Shown in pieces: positions 13,324 through 24,345 of a stretch of 64,000 nt of DNA. Under the pieces are notes generated by a model. It saw only the letters and a list, made by a program, of their open reading frames with translations. It did no database searches and had not been told where the DNA came from. The stretch spans positions 5,954,001 to 6,018,000 of the forward strand of contig CM052818.1 of the NCBI GenBank assembly GCA_028534125.1, written 5' to 3'. Positions within the stretch are counted from its first letter, which is position 1; every line of letters starts with the position of its first letter. The position numbers and the translations under genes were made by a program. This DNA is from Lama glama (lineage: Eukaryota).

Positions 13324-14234
13324 TCAAGGAGTTATCTCACATATGGATAGTAAAGAAAAAGTTAGCAAATTGGAGAAAAAGTTTTCATACTGAGTTATAG
13401 GGAAAATCTATAGGGGGTTATGGGGAAAATCTGAGGGGGTTTCCAGGCACTTTATGGGATTGAGAAATAAGCGGCAAGGTTCTTTATTAGATTACGTTCC
13501 TCTCAAAATGAACAGATTTACTTTTCCTTGGTGCTGCTCATTGCTAATGTTGGGCTTCCTTTGGAGGCTGGCAAAGGCCAAGCTGATAGGAAGGAAAAAA
13601 CTGCAGAGCAGTGGTTTCCCTGAGACAAGAGGAGAGAGTGGGTTTCTCGCAGTCTCGTCTCACTAAAGGGATAACAGTGTCCCTTCCCATCCCCTCTACA
13701 CATTTCCCCCAGGTGGCCTCTTCCACACGCATAGCTTTACTTACGACTGTAAACCAGTAACTCCCAAACTTCTCCCTCAAGCTCACATCATCTTCCTGCA
13801 CTTCAGATCCACCTGCTGCCTCCCCTCCAGTCGTCACACAGATGAACTAAATGATGTTTGTCCAACAAAGCATACCCACTCCCCTAGGAGTTCTTTCCCA
13901 ATCCCACTCACCCCTAGAAAACAAAACAGAGTCCTCCTCTTAATCGGTAGCACCCCTCCCATCACCTCCCCAGACACGTGGGCAGGAAGTGCCGTATAGG
14001 ATCACTTCTCCCTGGACCCCACATGTAATCAGCCCTCGCATCCTCTCCAGTGTTTTCACCCGTGTGTCCCAGCTTTGCTCCCTCAGTCCCATCCCCAGCG
14101 CTACGGCAAAACTTCAGTCATTATAATAACTGCTCTCGCCGCCTGCCGTCTTGCCCCTGCAGTCCATTTTCCAGACTGCCAACCAAGGGATCATTGCTCT
14201 GCTCCAAATCCTTCAGAGCTGCTCGCAGGGAGAC

Positions 14235-14430
14235 CACCTGCCTCAAAAGCAGTGCAGGGGGTGGGGGTGGTGGGGCAAGAGCTTGCTGGTTGAAATGCAG
14301 ATTCCTGGGTCCTGGCCTGGGCCAACGGAATCTGAATCTTTGGAGGAAGAGGAGCAGGCAAGTCCTAGAAATCTGCATTTTGAGCAAGTTGGGGTGATTT
14401 TTCAAAGGCACTTGTGTTTGAAAGCCACTG
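14235..14430. mobile_element. MER5A/MER5B-like hAT-Charlie element
   Basis: ttgaaatgcagattcctgggtcc...gaatctgaatct...aatctgcattttgagcaagt...gtttgaaagccactg. Confidence 0.7.
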
Positions 14431-17084
14431 ATTTCAGAGGAGACATCGCTTCCCTTAAGCAGGCCTGCCCCCTTTGAGCCTCAGTCCTTCCACCCGGCCT
14501 GGCCCTCTCTCCTGCACACGGTGCTGACTCTGAGGTTCCTCTGCCCGTGGCTTTGCGCGGCCCGGAATGCCCCTCTGGCCCCCCCTTTCCCTGGCGAGCA
14601 TCGTTCACCTTTCAAATCCCAGCAGAAGCTGGCAGACCGAAGGAGAAGGGTAATAACTTGTCCCACGGTTTCTGAGCGTGCTCATGGCAATTCTTAGGGT
14701 GCATTTTAATAGCCATTTTCTTCGTCTCCTTTGGTTACCATGAAAGGAATCACCAAGAAATCCTCGCTTTCTCAATCCTCATTTAAGAATAGAACCAACT
14801 GTCCCATTAAAAAATAGGACATAAAAATAAGCTCACACGTGCCCCCACTGACATTTACACCAGGCCCACATCTGAGCCATGGAAACAGGCCTTAAAAAAA
14901 AAAAAAGAAGAAGGCTTCATAAAGGAAAGACCCTCAAAAAGCAAGAATAATCATTATTATTTGTTCTAAAACCCAAATGTATATTTTCCATCCTTTTTAT
15001 TTACAGTATAAAGTGCTTTTCTCAGTAAATCAACAAATATGAGTATTCATGTCACCAAGTGCTCATGATTAAAAATAATTACTTTAATGGTAGCTGGCCC
15101 GATGCCAGACACGATCAGGTTTTGCATTTCAAGCATGATCATGGATAATTTACATCTCCTTTTGCACCAATACCCCACTACTCTTAATGGATTCTATTTT
15201 AGTTTTTATGAATTAATAGAAATTTAGTGCCTAATTCCCTGTATTATAGCCTACTGTTAGCTTTTAGAATCCACAGAACTATCTTTTTTTTTTTAAAGCA
15301 GGATGGCTCAACATCACATAATTCTTCAAGTTAGTTATTTAAAATGTTTAGCTGTCTGCTTTCCGTGAATTCAGAGTGGAGGGACAGGAATGGGACAGAA
15401 CAGAGGAAACAGAAGAGCAGGGCTCATGCCTCCCAGGGGGGCCCTTACTTACTCAGGAGAATCTCTGTGGCTAAGTCGGCAGGTCGTCTGTCTCCTTCAC
15501 AAACAAAGCACAGGAGCCTGCGAACTTCCCGGTCACAGCCTGAGGGGCCTGGAGTCTTGACCGCACTGGAGGCTACCTCTCAGTGTGACAGAAGACAGGG
15601 CCATCTCTTTCCCGTTCTTGCTTTTTCTCATTCCTTCGAGGTTTCATAGGTTATGAAGATCTGTCAAAACAGGGTTACAAAGCACTGTAGCAAGTTTTTC
15701 AATGTTTACATTTAACAAATTAACACTTTGACCAAAAAGTAAGATGACTGTATTATTCAGAAGATAATTATAGAATTTATTAACAATATATGTATCAATA
15801 CATGGTACCCTAAAGGCAGTGTGGCCCAGAAATAGGAAACCAGTTTCAATTTGTATAATTTTTTTCCAATCCTATGTCTCTCTGTGACACTATATGGACA
15901 AATGATGGTATAGACTCATCTGAAGATAACGTCAAAAGGAAAGATTTGATGCCCCAAGTGAATGCGAGGCCTTTTGGTCTCCCTGCTAGACAGACGTAAG
16001 TATGTGTCACGCACATGCACTTTAAGATGTATTCACTGTTGATAAGATCAGGGGGGAAAGAGCTGATTGAGCCCAGGGTTTGGCGCAAAAGATGTGGCTG
16101 CAGTAAACAAAGAAGACTCAGAAATGTCACCAGGTCAAGAAGAGGCTCTACTGGTGCTGAGGACAGGGAGCAGAAGGGTTAAAAGAGCACAGATGCTCCA
16201 GGCACCTACAAACCTGGGGCACCCTGTGCTAAACATTCTTCCCATAGCTGGAGTCCCTCTAGCCAATGGCGAGCACGGAGAAGACAGGGCTTTATTTGCT
16301 TACTCTGATTTATGTGCTCTCTGACAGTGGGGAGGTGCAACTGGAGCTCGGATAGTGCCTTCATTTGTAATACCTCCTTTGACGATCCTTGTGAAAACTC
16401 AAGATAACCCTGGGGGAAAGAACACTGGCACCATTTTGCAGGCAGACCTGATTGTAATTCAAAACATTTCCTATAGTAGGAAGAAATGACTGAAGTTGTT
16501 CCATCTGCTCTGGGAAGAAAACCAATGCATGTTAGGTCATGACACAGTCATTCCAAAAAAAAAGTTACTCTCTCCCTGAGGATCAGCGGGCTCTCCCACT
16601 TTGCCTGGCCTAGAGTGTATCCCTTGGTACGAGAAACGGCCTTGAGTAGTGACACTCCTTATTCCCCAGCCTGGCCAAACTGCAGGGGCTGGTGCCCTCC
16701 ATGCAGTCGGACGGTCGGTACATAGGAAAGAAGCCTGCAGGCATTTGTGATAGTTGAAGTGAGATGGGTGTGGAGCTCCAAGTCAAAGCCCACCTCCTGT
16801 ACCTTCTACCAAGTCATCCATACCTTCTACAGAAACCTCTCCGCTTTCTGGGAAAGTGACAACACACACAGAAAAGAAAAGAAAGAGAAGAAGGAAGAGA
16901 AAGAATTGGGGAGATGTTGGAGAAAGAGAGAGGAAGATACACAGCTACGAGTACAGTATTATCTGGTTGACTTTCCTGTGGATTCTCAGACGACCCCTGA
17001 CCAAGGCGTCAGGATGCACATAAGCCACCCATGAAAATAGCCTAAGAAACGTATCTTATGCAATAATAGGACTTAATTTTTATT

Positions 17085-17900
17085 TATTTACATTTCACCC
17101 AATAAACATTTATCTACCATTTACAATGCTATGGGCACCATGCTAGGTGTCAGAGAGACAGCTGGTCCATAAAATAGTCTTTACTTTTTTTTTCTCTTTT
17201 TTCCTTTTCTATTGAGGTATAGTCAGTTTACAATGTTGTGTCAGTTGCTGGTGTACAGCATAATGTTTCAGTCTTATATAGACATACATATATTCCTTTT
17301 CATATTCTTTTTCACTATAGGTTACTACAAGATATTGAATATAGTTCCCTGTGCTATACAGAAGAAACTTGTTGTTTATCTATTTTATATATAGTAGTTA
17401 CTATCTGCAAATCTCAATCCTAATTTATCTCTTCCCACCCCCTTTCCCTCCAGTAACCAAAAGTTTGTTTTCTCTGTCTGTGAATCTGTTTCTGTTTTGT
17501 AAATGAGTTCATTTGTCTTTTTTTCAGATTCCACATATAAGTGATAGCATATGGTATTTTTCTTTCTCCTTCTGGCTTGCTTCACTTAGAATGACATTCT
17601 CCAGGTCCATCCATGTTGCTGCAAATGGCATTATTTTATTCCTTTTTATGACTGAGTAGTATTCCATAGTATAAATATACCACAACTTCTTTATCCAGTC
17701 ATCTATCAATGGACATTTAAGTTGCTTCCATGTCATGGCTATTGTAAATAGTGCTGCTATGAACATTGGAAAGCACTCTTTACTCTTAAAGAGATGGCAG
17801 TTCACTGGGGAAACAGACAGAAAAACAGACCAAGACAGCATAAGTATGGAAACTGTTAGATGTCCAGGTCTGTGCGGGGCAGGGAAAAAGGGATACTGTA
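17085..17900 (-). mobile_element. L2 3' end split by the L1 insertion at 17186-17769
   Basis: caataaacatttatctacc...gggcaccatgctaggtgtcagagagaca on the left continues as ctcttaaagagatggcagttcactggggaaacagaca on the right. Confidence 0.55.
17186..17769 (-). mobile_element. Young 5'-truncated LINE-1 (ORF2 C-terminus + 3'UTR + poly-A)
   Basis: ORF 17524..17976(-) ends in PMFIAALFTIAMTWKQLKCPLIDDWIKKLWYIYTMEYYSVIKRNKIMPFAATWMDLENVILSEASQKEKEKYHMLSLICGI, the ORF2p C-terminus. A poly-T tract is on the left, with a degenerate TSD aaaatagtctttact / aaagcactctttact. Confidence 0.92.
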
Positions 17901-18189
17901 GGAGGGGTGGAGCTGTGCAGGGAGGAAGTGGTCCAGCAGAGGCAAAACTCATAACCTTTGTCCAGGAAGACATCACAATCCTACTGGGAGAAGGACTTAA
18001 TTAATTGATGAGTAAAGCAGTGTTAGGTAAGTGTATCCTGTGCTCACAAAGTGAAATTGTAATTGAAATGGTCCAGGCAATGAGAAAAGTGGGCTTTAGT
18101 CAAAAAACATGACAGGGACATGCAGTGAGGGCCCCTAACCACTGCTGCTTTCTCAACAGAGAGCCCTGCACTTTTTTCTTCATAGTAAT

Positions 18190-18395
18190 ACTGACAACAG
18201 TGAAGATGAATGAATGTTACTGGCCTACCACTTTAAATTTATTATCCCATTTAATCCCTACAATTGAAATTTAAGATAGCATAATTGCACCCACTTCAGG
18301 AAATGTCCTAGCGAGGTCTGCTGCTCTGCCTTACAGCGGAAGTGATGGAGCTGGGACCTGAACACAGACAGACACCAGAACCCACAAGCCCTTTT
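18190..18395 (-). mobile_element. MIR SINE
   Basis: attatcccatttaatccctacaa...gaagtgatggagctgggacctgaacacag...ccagaaccc. Confidence 0.55.
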
Positions 18396-18666
18396 CTCTG
18401 GTCTCATCTGATCCTACCCCTGGTGGCTTTTCAGCTATTCCCTGAAGTCATGAAATAGCACCTGACTCGGTGGCCCGGGGATAAGGACGGAGACAGTGAC
18501 CATCCCTCCTGCACATGTGCACAGGTGGGTCCTGAGCTCGCTGCTCCTTCAGAGGGGAAGAGTGGCCCTGGGAGACTTGACAGTGCATGGACAATAATTC
18601 TACTCTCCGGCCCCCTTCCCTGTCACCCCAAACAAGGGTTGTTTTATGGTTTTAACAGTGTGCAAG

Positions 18667-18692
18667 TGTGTGCGCGCGCGCGTGTGTGTGTG
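18667..18692. repeat. (TG)n(CG)n(TG)n alternating purine-pyrimidine microsatellite
   Basis: gtgtgtgcgcgcgcgcgtgtgtgtgtg seen directly. Confidence 0.9.
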
Positions 18693-20299
18693 AATGGGGG
18701 ACGCAGGGGGTGAGCCCACAATGGGATGTGCTCTCAGAGCCGGTTCAGCTGCTGCCTACACACCCCTCCCCGCTCACCACTGGGCTGGAGAGCCCGGCTG
18801 TCCGTGGTCCTCGAGCTCTGCCTACTCAGAGCACCTTTCCCTGGTTTACCACAATTCAGCTTCACATTCCCCACACACCTCTGCCTCCTTCTCTCCCCTG
18901 CCTTTTGGCCTGGTTGCTTCAAAGCTGGTGGTGCATTGCTGATCCAAAGCTCAGCTTTCAGCTTACTTTGGAGAATGAAAAACAAAAGAAACAAAGAGAA
19001 ACCACAAACTCACTTTGTAAGTGAGGCCTTTCTGAACATCCAGTTGGGTTGTGAGCAACCTGGAACATATTATTCAGATCTATGAGTTATGTAGGCCAGT
19101 GTCAATAGCCTCGGGCGTAAAACGGTTAACTTTTATGATGAGTGAGGCATCCAATTTAAGGTGATGGTTCAACATGCTTTCTTGTGGTTCGGGTCAATTT
19201 TCGATTGAGAAAAAGACACAAAGATTGGGGTAGCAACCGAACCTCATTCCTCTGGTGTAAAAGAAGCCCGTGGGATCACGCAGACTTTAGAGGCGTGCCA
19301 GTGTTGCCAATTTCCGCGGAATTTCAATGTCCCTTTGGGTCCTTTGCAACTTGGAGAAGGTGCTTTGGTGCCTTGCTTAGGGCTCTGTGGTCTGAAGAGG
19401 CAAGTATATCGAATATAGGGTTAATTGGAAGAGACTGATCATGCTTCATTTTTCATAGTCTTACTAACCTATTAGTAACTACAATCATTAATCTCTTTTA
19501 AAGCGTATTTAATTAGAATAAGATTCAAAGATACAGTAAGTTCTACTGATTGGTAAGCTATTTGCTGATTGTTTATTTGCTCTTATTCATTGTTGATAGT
19601 ATTAATTGTTGTTTTCTATAAACCAGTGTAGAGAATGTCTTTCAGCCCATCATTCATACCTAAACAGAATCAAAAGCTTTTCCAGAGGTATTTCTCTTAA
19701 ACGCCAATTGATGACAACAGCGTCTTACAGGTTCAGACACTGGTTCCTGATCCTGGTCGTATAAAAGGCACCTGAAGTCCACATACTGTCTTGCTCAAAG
19801 TCATACTGCATTTGGCGTTGGCTGTTGCCTTGCTTCTGTGACTTTTCCTGGACAACTCATACGTGGCTACCCAACCCCAATCCCTGTCCCCAGGTCTCCT
19901 GTTTGTCTGACAGTTCCTGACAAGGGTCACTTGCTGACCTTTGGCTCTGGTTGTGGATCTGGCATCTGGACCCCTCCCCTCTCCTGCAGAGATGGTAACT
20001 GATTATCTGAGGGGCTCTGGCCATGGTCATCTGGAGGCTTACACCCTTGATGGACTGTCATCTGTTACAGTTTCCCTTCTCCCATCCTGAGAACTCCAGG
20101 TTTCCTGATGTCCACACTGGGTGTGACAGAGACAGAAAATGCATCAGTGACGTGATGTGACTGATCGGCTTGGACTTGTGCTGTCTGTTTGTGAATTAAA
20201 ATGGAGTGATTCTCCACCTGCCCACCTCATCTTTTGCCCTTGGAAAAATCTAACTTAATTACACTGATGAATATGCATTACATGTTCCTTAGTAATCAT

Positions 20300-20485
20300 T
20301 TTTACAGCCTTCTTTGGGAAGTCTCTTTACCCTGCTTTAATTTTCTTGGTAACATTTACAACTACCTGACACTGAGTCTTATATTTATTTATCTGTTTAT
20401 TCTTTGTTCCTACCATTAGAAGTGAGTTCCATGAGGGCAGGCATTATACCTTTGGTGCTTAGCACAGTGTCTGGCACATTAGCTG
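20300..20485 (+). mobile_element. L2a 3' end
   Basis: tagaagtgagttccatgagggcagg...gtgcttagcacagtgtctggcacatt. Confidence 0.7.
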
Positions 20486-20532
20486 AAAGGCTACACACAC
20501 ACACACGTATATATTTATGTATAATGGGATTC

Positions 20533-20790
20533 TGTGGCATAGTGGTTAAGGGCATGGATTCTGGGTTCAGACCGCCCAGGCTTGACCCTGGTTTTGACTC
20601 TTACCATCTGTTCAAAATTTCTTGCAAGTTACTTAATTTGTGACTCAAATTTCGCCTCTTTACAATGGGGATGGTAGCAGTGCCCTTTAAGGTTCAAAGG
20701 ATCATTGTGAAGATGAAGTAAAATAGTAGCTCTGAGGCTCTGACAGTAGTGATCTGCTGATAGTAAGCACACCGCCAGTGCTGTGCATTA
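20533..20790 (+). mobile_element. MIR SINE (near full length)
   Basis: gtggcatagtggttaagggcatggattctggg...gcaagttacttaa...tttacaatggggatggtagcagt...atagtaagcac. Confidence 0.75.
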
Positions 20791-20792
20791 CT

Positions 20793-21345
20793 AGTCAGAA
20801 TGTGGTTACAGATGACAGAGAACTCAGCTCAAGTTGACTTGAAGGATAAAGGAAGTTTATCGGCTCATGTAACTGGTTCATAATTGGTTCAGAGGCAAAA
20901 CGTGATCCAAGTGTATACTGGTGAAGACTCTGCTCGTGTTTTTCTATAATTCACTCCATTCTACTCTCCTCCCTTTGGAGACTTCATTCTTCAGGGCAAG
21001 AAGGTGTTGCAGTAATTTTTGGCTTTACAGACACATTAAACATTACCAAAAGGCAGAGAGATTCTCTTTAGGCAGTGTCTATGGAAGAAGGCTAGGGGGT
21101 TCTTGCCTACAAGCAGTAACTCTGACAGTCTCCTGACATCTCCCTGGGAAAACTGTGCCACAAGCCCATCCTGACCCAATCACTGTGGCCTCTGGGACTG
21201 AGTACGCTGATTGGCATAAACTAATCACGTATAACTTCTTGGACTGGAGATGGGGCCGCTTGCACTGAAGGAATACATACCCAGACCAAAATTGGAGCAC
21301 TATTAACAAAAGGAATGGAAAATGGATGCCAAAAATAGCAAACAC
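20793..21345 (-). mobile_element. MaLR solo LTR (MLT1K-like)
   Basis: gtcagaatgtggttacagatgacagagaactcagctcaagttgacttgaagg...tttatcggctcatgtaactg and cccatcctgacccaatcactgtggcc...gctgattggc are MLT1K-type motifs. Confidence 0.65.
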
Positions 21346-24100
21346 ATTTTATTGATGAATAAACTATAGAGAACTTCTTCAATCCCACTGATACTATAAA
21401 ACAGGTATAAGAAGAAATTTCATCAACATCACCATCACCTTCCCAAAACATTTATTTGGTGAAATGGGTTACCTGATGCATTGCAATGGACAGAATGTTC
21501 TTCCGAGCTCATGGTTTGCTAAAAAATCTTTTTCACTCCAATCCCTCCCTATTTAACAGTCCCTCCACCAAAAAAATATATTCTGTTATTTTATATTTTC
21601 TGGAATCTTTTGGATGTGTTTGTGCACAATATGAATGAGAAGCCTGAATCCCTTAGAATCTTGGATTGTAGTCTTCATTTTGTAAAATAAAAGCATCTTT
21701 TACAGTCACATTGTCTCACATAAAATAAACAATAATAGTGAGTGAATATAAAGTGGGAAGATAACTGTTACGTGATTTTTTTTTTCTTGTAAATCTTATG
21801 TGACTGTCAGTTGGCAGAGGATATTGAAATATAACCCTCACTTAATCAGGGCAACAAAGGTTCCTGAGACAGTATCAAGCATCTTGCTTTGGAGTATGTC
21901 CAGGCTATTTCTTCTTCTTGCTTTTCATGGTGGTTGTTTTAATGATTTGCACAAAAGACACTACTTGCATTGTAATCTTCTGTATATAACACTATTATTG
22001 ACAGCTGAGGATTAAGTTTTAATTGAAGTAAGATTTCGAATGGTCTATTATCTGGGATGCCTATGTAAAGATCACAGACATCCTCGAGCAGGCAATGAAA
22101 CAGATAAATATGTTGAAAAGACAGCTAACAGCTCCATTTTGCTCACCCACGCTTGCCAAACTTGACACACACAATTTATCCCAGACTGATGGAAAAGGGA
22201 ACAAAAAATGTAGCCAGATTGTGATACTGTATGTTTCTCAGATGGTGTTTCCTTGGGCTAAAAATCAGGTATCTCATATGCCCAGATACGGTTCTCAGAG
22301 AGCTGTGGATGGGCATTTTGCCCAAACTCATCATATTTTTAATGTTTTAGTTTGGAACTTCCTTGAGAACAAGGCTAATGGTGAGTCTTCCATCTCTATA
22401 ACATCTTGGATGAAATGAGCACTGATTTTTCTCCAGCACAAAGACAGAGTGGACAGTACCCGAGACGAAACCCAAACTAACCCTTATGGGAGGAATGAAA
22501 AGGGAATCCAACAAGTATTTAACAAACAATAACAATTTGAGGCTGTTATTGTAAAGAATAGGAGGTAGAAGTTTTGCTGTAAACATGACTCCAGTGATTT
22601 TTTTTTTTAGGTCTCTAGATTTTTAAAGGTCTTCACTGAACAGTTTTGCCAGGAGAACATGCCAAAGGGCTGATGACTCTGAATTTGAGTCGGTTCTCAA
22701 AAGTGATTCAATAACCTGGATTCCAACGGCCTGAATACAAAACCCAGGTAAGCGTTCAATTGCCATTTCAGGCAGGGTGGGGCCTAGGCCACAGCTGCAG
22801 TGTGGTCCATTTTTATTGGAAGCCACCCCCCTTTTCCACGTGTGTCCCACTTCCTGATCCTTGTTCAGCCAGCCGCCTGCTTCGTCTGGGCTAAACTGAA
22901 CCCAAAACATACAGAAAGGCCGTGTCAGAAAGAGAAGCCAACGAGGGAAACCTCTAGTGGACATGGACTGAGCTGGAAATAACCCACTGCTTCTCAACAC
23001 CGTTCTTTTTTTATTTAGGACACAGGAAATGCACAGGAGTTGAGAATACGGAGGAGGAGGTGGGAGCGTGTGGTGCCTCTTGGCTCCAGGGTGGGTTTCG
23101 GTGGAATCACCCCAGCAGCCAGGGATGCTCTTGTTGCTCTCATCATCCCCGCGGTCCTCCCCTGGTCCAGACCTTTCATTTCCCACCCTCGCCCAGATGA
23201 GCCGGGCTGGAGGTAAAGTTTGGCGTATCAAAACACAGCCATTTCCAAGCAGCCTCTGCCAGTGAGTGAAGCCAGCGATAGACCTCCACTTTTACTTTCC
23301 AAAGGTGGGCACGGTGAAAAGGGTAGTAGACAAAGAGATGTTATAAATAGGCACCCTCTCATGCTAAAATGCTGTGAATCACAAGTGACAAGGAAAAGTT
23401 TCCACTTGGCATCATTTTCAAAGAGCTCTGATTATCTGGTAGGAGGGCCGGCAGCAGGGCTGGGATACACTGCTTTGCCCAGGGGCGGTGGGACTGGGTG
23501 TGTAGACATAAGAGAGAGAAAAAATGTTTCATTTTCTTTTTTTCTGTTTGCTCTCTTGGAGGAAGCTTACCCAGCCTCTAATGCAATCGGTTTCACCACT
23601 TTCTTGGGAAGACACCGCTGCCTCTCCCCATCTCTAGGCCACACCACCCTCGCTGGGAATGTGGCTCTGCTCCCCGAACTCAGCAGTGCCCCGGGAGGCC
23701 CCCAGGAAAGTTCTCAAGGACTTAGTTGACTAGAAGAGTCCGAAGCTCGCAGCCAAGAGTCAGTGCAGAGCAGAGAAAGGCTTCAAATGAACAGAAGGGA
23801 GTGAGGCCAACACCAGGACTACAAACCAGAGAGGCACTTCCTTCAGCCCAGACCCACTTTACCCCTTGTCTGCCTGGAAGATGCCCCCCAGGTTTCCAAA
23901 ACCCAGCTCAGAATCCTCCTTCCTTCCCTCTCCAGACTCTTCTAATCCGAGTTGGTGGCACTTTTCCCCATTACAGCAACTCTCTCCTCCTTTTGCACTG
24001 TTTACCTGCAGGCTTCCTCTAGCCAGACTGTGCACCTTTGGAGGAAGGAGGTCCAGTCCTATTTGTTGTATGTTCTCCAAACCTGGAATCACAGCAGCAC

Positions 24101-24130
24101 TGGTGGTGATGGTGATGGTGATGGTGACGA
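24101..24130. repeat. (TGGTGA)n simple repeat
   Basis: tggtggtgatggtgatggtgatggtgacga. Confidence 0.8.
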
Positions 24131-24134
24131 TGGA

Positions 24135-24345
24135 CGTGAACACTCATAGAGCGCTAACCACGTGCCAGCCATTGTTCTAAGCAGTTCATATGTTTTCACT
24201 TGTTAATCTTTACAACAATCCTATGAGGCAGCTTCTGTTATTTCACTCATTTCACAAATGATAAAACCAAGACCTATGATGGTTAAATAGTGCTCGAAAG
24301 ACTGAGTAACAAGAACACACAGCCTTTGAATGCTGGGACTGCTGG
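24135..24345 (-). mobile_element. MIR SINE
   Basis: aacactcatagagcgctaaccacgtgccagccattgttctaagc...ttaatctttacaacaatcctatgagg...catttcacaaatgataaaacc. Confidence 0.75.

Noticed and set aside
17524..17976. 150-aa ORF as a host gene
   Set aside because: It is a chance read-through from flanking L2/unique DNA into the L1 ORF2 C-terminus.
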